A stretch of 64,000 nucleotides of DNA, from contig OY969696.1 in NCBI GenBank assembly GCA_963702005.1, positions 3,424,001-3,488,000 on the forward strand, read 5' to 3'. Shown piece after piece: positions 59,611 through 64,000 of this stretch (position 1 is its first letter; each line of letters starts with the position of its first letter). Below the pieces are notes generated by a model. It was given only the letters and a program-made list of their open reading frames with translations. It did no database searches and was not told the DNA's origin. Made by a program: the position numbers and the translations under genes. Source of the DNA: Candidatus Aminicenantes bacterium. GTDB taxonomy: Bacteria; Acidobacteriota; Aminicenantia; Aminicenantales; JAFGBC01.

Positions 59611-61959
59611 TTATTTATAGAGGCGCTGGAGGCGGAGGCGCAGGGCGATGTAGCGGCGCAGGAAGCGGACGGCCTCGTCGCAGCGCCTGAAGACGGGGAC
59701 ATCGGCCGCCTCGAACATCCCGGCCAGCGGATCGTAAACCTCCCCCGCGTCGATATTGACGACGAAGGGTTTGTCCGTCCTGTGGAAGAGGTCGATCGTC
59801 CTCATGGCGGCGGTCCCGGCCCGCTTGAAGTCCTCCGCGTGCCCCTCCCCGGCCGGAAGCGTCTGCATGGCCGGCGTCATCGGAACGTCGGAGATGACGG
59901 CGCAGTCGACCCCGTCGTCGCCGAGGACGGCCTCGGCGCAGGCGGCGAAGGCGGCGTCGTCGGCGACCGGCGTCACGTCGAGCGGGTTGTGGACGTCCTG
60001 GATCTTGTCGATCCCGAGCGGCACCAGGGCCTCGTTGATCCGCGCCCGGGCGGCCGCCCCGAAGCCGGCCAGCTCGAGCCTTTCGCCGTTGGCGATCGTG
60101 TCCGACATGATGACGCACTCGAACCCGGCGTTCGACAGGAGCCCGGCCCGGTTTCCGCGGACCCTCTTTCCGGCCAGCAACGGCGCGTTCCGGAGCCAGG
60201 TCTCGAACTCCCGGATATCATCCGCGACGAAGACGCCGGCCTCCTCGAGCACCGCCTTGCTGATATTGTAATCGCCGGCGACCGAAGCCGTGTGGCTCGA
60301 CGTTGCGACCCGGCCCTCGGCGGTTCGGCCGGCCTTGTAGAGGACGATCATCCGATCGCCCTTGGCCAGAATGTCCTTGGCCGCCCGGGCCGTGCTCAGG
60401 CCGTCGCCGGGCTGGAAGCCCTCGACATAGACGGCGAACAGCTTGGCCTCGGCGTCGTCCTTGAGGTAATTTAAATAATCCGAGACGCGCAGGTCGAGCT
60501 GGTTCCCGAGCGAAATTCCGTAGCGGGGCCCCAGCTCCATCAAGGCGTTCATCCGGGCGATCATGAAGGCCCCGCTCTGGGAGAGATAGACGAGTCCGGC
60601 CCGGCCCTCTTTGGGCCGCGGCAGCTTGCGGTCCGGGATAAAGGTTGTATCGTACTTTCCGGGGACCGAGCTGATTCCCAGACAGTTCCCGCCGTTGACG
60701 ACCGGGGTCAGCTTTCCCTCCCGGCGGCCCCGCCCCAGGAGGTCCTTGATCCGGGTCTCGATCGTCTGGCTTCCCTCTTTCTCGCCCATCCCGCCGGCGA
60801 TGATGATGACCGAGCGGGCCTTCTCCTTCTCGGCGAGCTCCTTCATGACATCGTAGCACTGGTCCGCGGCCAGGGTCAGGACGAACAGGTCGACGGCCCG
60901 GGGGAGGTCGGCGACCGCCGGAACGCAGCGGCAGCCCTCGATCTCGACCAGCCCGGGCTTGACGACGAAAACGCCCTCTTTGGGAAAGCCGTTCTTGAGG
61001 ATGTTGTCGAGGATGATATGGCCGACGTTCATCTTCTCCGAAACGCCGATGATCCCGATCGACTCCGGCTCGAGGAGGTGCCGGATGTGCCCGATCGGCG
61101 GACCGGAAGTGACCTTCCCCCGCCGCGAGAAGCGGCAGACGCCGTCGAGCGGGATCGGAACGCCGTCCTTGATCACCAGGGGGTTGATCTCGGCCTCCTC
61201 GACGACGAAGGGGGCGTCCCCGAACGGGGAATAATGGGCGGCCAGCCCGGCGAAGCGGGCGACCGTTTCGGCCAGAGTTTCTTCCTTGAGGAGAGGCGGC
61301 CGGCCCCGGAACTCGCGGATGAGCTTGTCGGTGACGGCCCCCCCCGCCAGGACGGCCCCGATGTCCTTCCGCTCGACGAGATGGGGCGAGAACATCGCCA
61401 TGGCCCGGCCCGGTTTGAGCCGCTCGCTGAGGTACTCGACGTCGAGCCCGCCGGCCCCGAAGGTCAGGACCGGCCCGAATTCCCGGGAGTTGCGGACGCC
61501 GAGCAGGAGCTCGGTCCCGAACCCGGCATTGGCGAAAGCGACCATCTCGCAAACAAGGACGCCGCGGATCCCGGCCGCGACATCGGCCTGCTCGGGGATA
61601 TCGGCTTCTCCGTGCCGATGGGATTTCCGGGCCCAGGCCGCGAACTTGGCCGGAACGGACTCGACCATCTTCCGGACCTCGCGGTTGACCTCCTCGGGAT
61701 CATTGAGGACGAACTTGACGCCGCCGGCGTCGGTCTTGTGGACGATATGGGGAGAGACGATCTTGAGGACGAGGGATTCGCTCCTGAAGGAATCGAGGTC
61801 GGCCCGGGAGACCGGACGTCCCTCGACGAGGAGGACGCGCGGCGTTTCCATCCCCGCCTCGCGGAGCAGGGCGTAGACCTCGTGCTCGAACAGGAAGGAA
61901 CGTCCCTCCCGCTCGGCTCCGTTGAACAAAGCGTCCATCTTCGAAAAGTTGACCGCCAT
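59611..61959 (-). CDS. ADP-forming acyl-CoA synthetase (acetate-CoA ligase family; ATP-grasp + CoA-binding fusion)
   Basis: LKIVSPHIVHKTDAGGV, EINPL, GGNCLG, SQSG, SHTASVAG, NPLDVT. Confidence 0.9.
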   Translation of the reverse strand: MAVNFSKMDALFNGAEREGRSFLFEHEVYALLREAGMETPRVLLVEGRPVSRADLDSFRSESLVLKIVSPHIVHKTDAGGVKFVLNDPEEVNREVRKMVESVPAKFAAWARKSHRHGEADIPEQADVAAGIRGVLVCEMVAFANAGFGTELLLGVRNSREFGPVLTFGAGGLDVEYLSERLKPGRAMAMFSPHLVERKDIGAVLAGGAVTDKLIREFRGRPPLLKEETLAETVARFAGLAAHYSPFGDAPFVVEEAEINPLVIKDGVPIPLDGVCRFSRRGKVTSGPPIGHIRHLLEPESIGIIGVSEKMNVGHIILDNILKNGFPKEGVFVVKPGLVEIEGCRCVPAVADLPRAVDLFVLTLAADQCYDVMKELAEKEKARSVIIIAGGMGEKEGSQTIETRIKDLLGRGRREGKLTPVVNGGNCLGISSVPGKYDTTFIPDRKLPRPKEGRAGLVYLSQSGAFMIARMNALMELGPRYGISLGNQLDLRVSDYLNYLKDDAEAKLFAVYVEGFQPGDGLSTARAAKDILAKGDRMIVLYKAGRTAEGRVATSSHTASVAGDYNISKAVLEEAGVFVADDIREFETWLRNAPLLAGKRVRGNRAGLLSNAGFECVIMSDTIANGERLELAGFGAAARARINEALVPLGIDKIQDVHNPLDVTPVADDAAFAACAEAVLGDDGVDCAVISDVPMTPAMQTLPAGEGHAEDFKRAGTAAMRTIDLFHRTDKPFVVNIDAGEVYDPLAGMFEAADVPVFRRCDEAVRFLRRYIALRLRLQRLYK

Positions 61960-61984
61960 GACCTCCCCTCCTCCCCCGGCTGCC

Positions 61985-62567
61985 TCAGGCGGCCGCCCGT
62001 CCCGCTTCGCGTCCGAGCGCGAAGGCCTTTAGGTTCAGCGTGACCAGGGCCTCGCCGCGCGGCTCGAACAGCTTCCGGATGACCTCCTCGAGGTTCTCGG
62101 TCTTGAGCATGAGACGATTCGAGGCCGCGCCGAGCATGACCATGTTCTGGGCTTTGGAGGAGCCCGCCTCCTTGGCCAGCTTGTCCGAATCGACGACGAC
62201 CGCGGCCCCGGCCCGCCGGACCTCGGCCAGAAGTTCATCGAGCGGAGGATAGTCGGGGATGTTGACGAAAGGCGTCGCGCTTGTGATCAGGATCCCGCCC
62301 GGAGCGAGGAAATCCAGGTAGCGGAGGCTCTTCGAGCGGCTCGACGCTCAGGATGAGGTCGGCCCTCCCTTTGGGGATGAGATCGCTCCAGATCGGCTCC
62401 CGGGACAAGCGCAGGTGGGATTGGACGGCTCCCCCGCGCTGGGACATGCCGTGGACTTCGGCCTGCTTGATCTGAAGCCCTTCCTTGAGGGCCGCCGAAT
62501 CGATGACGAACGCGATGGACAGGATCCCCTGTCCGCCGACGCCGGCAAGAATGATATCCTGCTTCAT
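61985..62567 (-). CDS. iorB: Indolepyruvate:ferredoxin oxidoreductase beta subunit, one +1 frameshift near 62330
   Basis: GVGGQG, EVHGMSQRGGAV; removing one base restores EPLESLRY...NMVMLGA...NLKAF to the TGA at 61985. Confidence 0.88.
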
Positions 62568-62588
62568 GGACTCGGCTCCTTTACCCCG

Positions 62589-64000
62589 TCACTTTTTTTT
62601 CCGCGTTTCCTGGATGCAGTCGCGGGCGGCGATGATGACCGAAAGTCCGGGATGGTCGAGTTCTTCCTTGATGATCCGGGCATTCGTTTCCAGGTTTTTG
62701 GGGAGGGGCGTGATGACCCGGATGTGGTCCTTGGGAACGCCCAGCCCCTCGACGATCTTGAGGAGCCCCGCCCCGGTCGCATAGCTCGGCTGCCCTCCCG
62801 TCATGGCCACAATCGCGTTGTCGAGGATGAAGACGGTCATGGGGGTATCGGCCAGGGCGGCGTCGAGTAGGCCGGTCATACCCGAGTGGCCGAAGGTCGA
62901 ATCGCCGATGACGGCCACGGCGGGACGGATCCCGGCCTCGGCCCCGCCCTTGGCCATGCCGACCGAAGCTCCCATGCAGACGCAGGTCTGAATCGCGTTG
63001 TAGGGCGGGTAGGCGCCGAGCGTGTAGCAGCCGATGTCGCTGAAAACGTTGGCTTTGGGATAGGATTCGAGGACCTTTTTGAGGGCATTGAGCGTATCGG
63101 CGTGGGGACAGCCCTGGCAGAGCTGGGGCGGCCGGCTCGAAAGCTTAAGGCCGGCCGGCGCCCTGGCCGGGAGCGGAGCGAGCCCCAGGGCCCTGCGGAC
63201 GGATTCGGGAGTCAGCTCGCCCGTCAAGGGAAGATGGCCGCTGAGCTTGCCGACGACCGTCTTGCCCGGGACCCCGAACAGCCCTTTGAGCGAGCGCTCG
63301 ATGAGCGGGTAGCCGTCCTCGAGAACAAGGACGGTCTCGACGTGTTCGACGAGCTTCCGGATCAGGGCTTCGGGAAGAGGGTAAACCGAAAGCTTGAGCC
63401 AGGACGGCCGGAGCGGCGCGCCGGCCAGATTCTCCTGGAGATAATTATTGGCGATTCCGGCCGCGATGACGCCCAAGGATCGATCCCCGCGATTGAGCTC
63501 GAGCCGATTCCAGGGCGAGTTTTCCGCGTATTGGATGAGGCCGGGCTGGAGGTCCATGAGGAGGTTGAAACGGCGACGGGCGTTGACCGGGAGCAGCGTC
63601 CAGTCGGTCCAGACCCCGTAGCGGATCTCGTTCGGACTGCGGGGCGCCCGCGGCTGAACCGGGCCCCGGCTGTGGGCGAGGCGGGTCACGATCCGGATCA
63701 TGACCGGAAGCCCGACCTTCTCCGAAAGGTCGAAAGCCTCGCGGGCCATATCGTAGGCCTCCTGATGGTCGGAGGGTTCGAGGCAGGGGATCTGGGCGAA
63801 TTGAGCGTAGAAGCGGCTGTCCTGTTCGTTTTGGGAACTGTGCATGCCGGGATCGTCGGCCGAGACGACGACGAGCCCTCCGTTGGCGCCGGTCATGGCC
63901 GAATTGACGAACGGGTCGGCGGCCACGTTAAGCCCGACGTGCTTGAAGGAAACCAAGGCCCGTTTTCCGGCGAAACTCGCGCCCAGCGCCTCTTCGTAAG
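62589..64000 (-). CDS. iorA: Indolepyruvate:ferredoxin oxidoreductase alpha subunit (5'-partial)
   Basis: KHVGLNVAAD, DDPGMHSSQNEQD, LCQGCPH, DIGCY, IGDSTF, AMTGGQ; frame open to the window edge. Confidence 0.93.
   Translation of the reverse strand, partial: YEEALGASFAGKRALVSFKHVGLNVAADPFVNSAMTGANGGLVVVSADDPGMHSSQNEQDSRFYAQFAQIPCLEPSDHQEAYDMAREAFDLSEKVGLPVMIRIVTRLAHSRGPVQPRAPRSPNEIRYGVWTDWTLLPVNARRRFNLLMDLQPGLIQYAENSPWNRLELNRGDRSLGVIAAGIANNYLQENLAGAPLRPSWLKLSVYPLPEALIRKLVEHVETVLVLEDGYPLIERSLKGLFGVPGKTVVGKLSGHLPLTGELTPESVRRALGLAPLPARAPAGLKLSSRPPQLCQGCPHADTLNALKKVLESYPKANVFSDIGCYTLGAYPPYNAIQTCVCMGASVGMAKGGAEAGIRPAVAVIGDSTFGHSGMTGLLDAALADTPMTVFILDNAIVAMTGGQPSYATGAGLLKIVEGLGVPKDHIRVITPLPKNLETNARIIKEELDHPGLSVIIAARDCIQETRKKK

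Noticed and set aside
62564-62600. Programmed frameshift at the A-run ending iorA
   Set aside because: Only alters a few terminal residues; a homopolymer error is equally likely.

Overview
GC-rich bacterial chromosomal segment. Its gene content (SBBP and BNR beta-propeller proteins, Acidobacteria-type VWA protein, DUF3857 transglutaminases, DUF362) suggests an Aminicenantia/Acidobacteriota-like anaerobe; this is inference only. It carries a potABCD polyamine ABC transporter, RluA, EfpL, a methyltransferase plus GT-C cassette, two HD-GYP proteins, an M28 peptidase, a DEAD-box helicase, a Mo-hydroxylase locus with XdhC/MocA, YggS, RmuC, seven secreted beta-propeller genes, hicBA, a SufS/PP-loop/Rrf2 module, an ADP-forming acyl-CoA ligase and iorAB. 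Best finding: the secreted BNR/Asp-box gene at 30954-32934 has an in-frame TGA (32209-32211) followed by a hairpin whose apex (CAGGTCTG) matches the E. coli fdhF SECIS. A Cys lies 24 codons upstream, while the neighbouring paralog has Ser at the equivalent sites. This is a candidate new selenoprotein family. Other leads: degenerate IS91-like transposase scraps bracketing the cassette, an inverted AT-rich element pair that truncates a gene, a likely ACG start for potA, and a palindrome-controlled leaderless sulfur-transfer operon. Six +1 frameshifts look like sequencing errors. No rRNA, tRNA or CRISPR array was seen.
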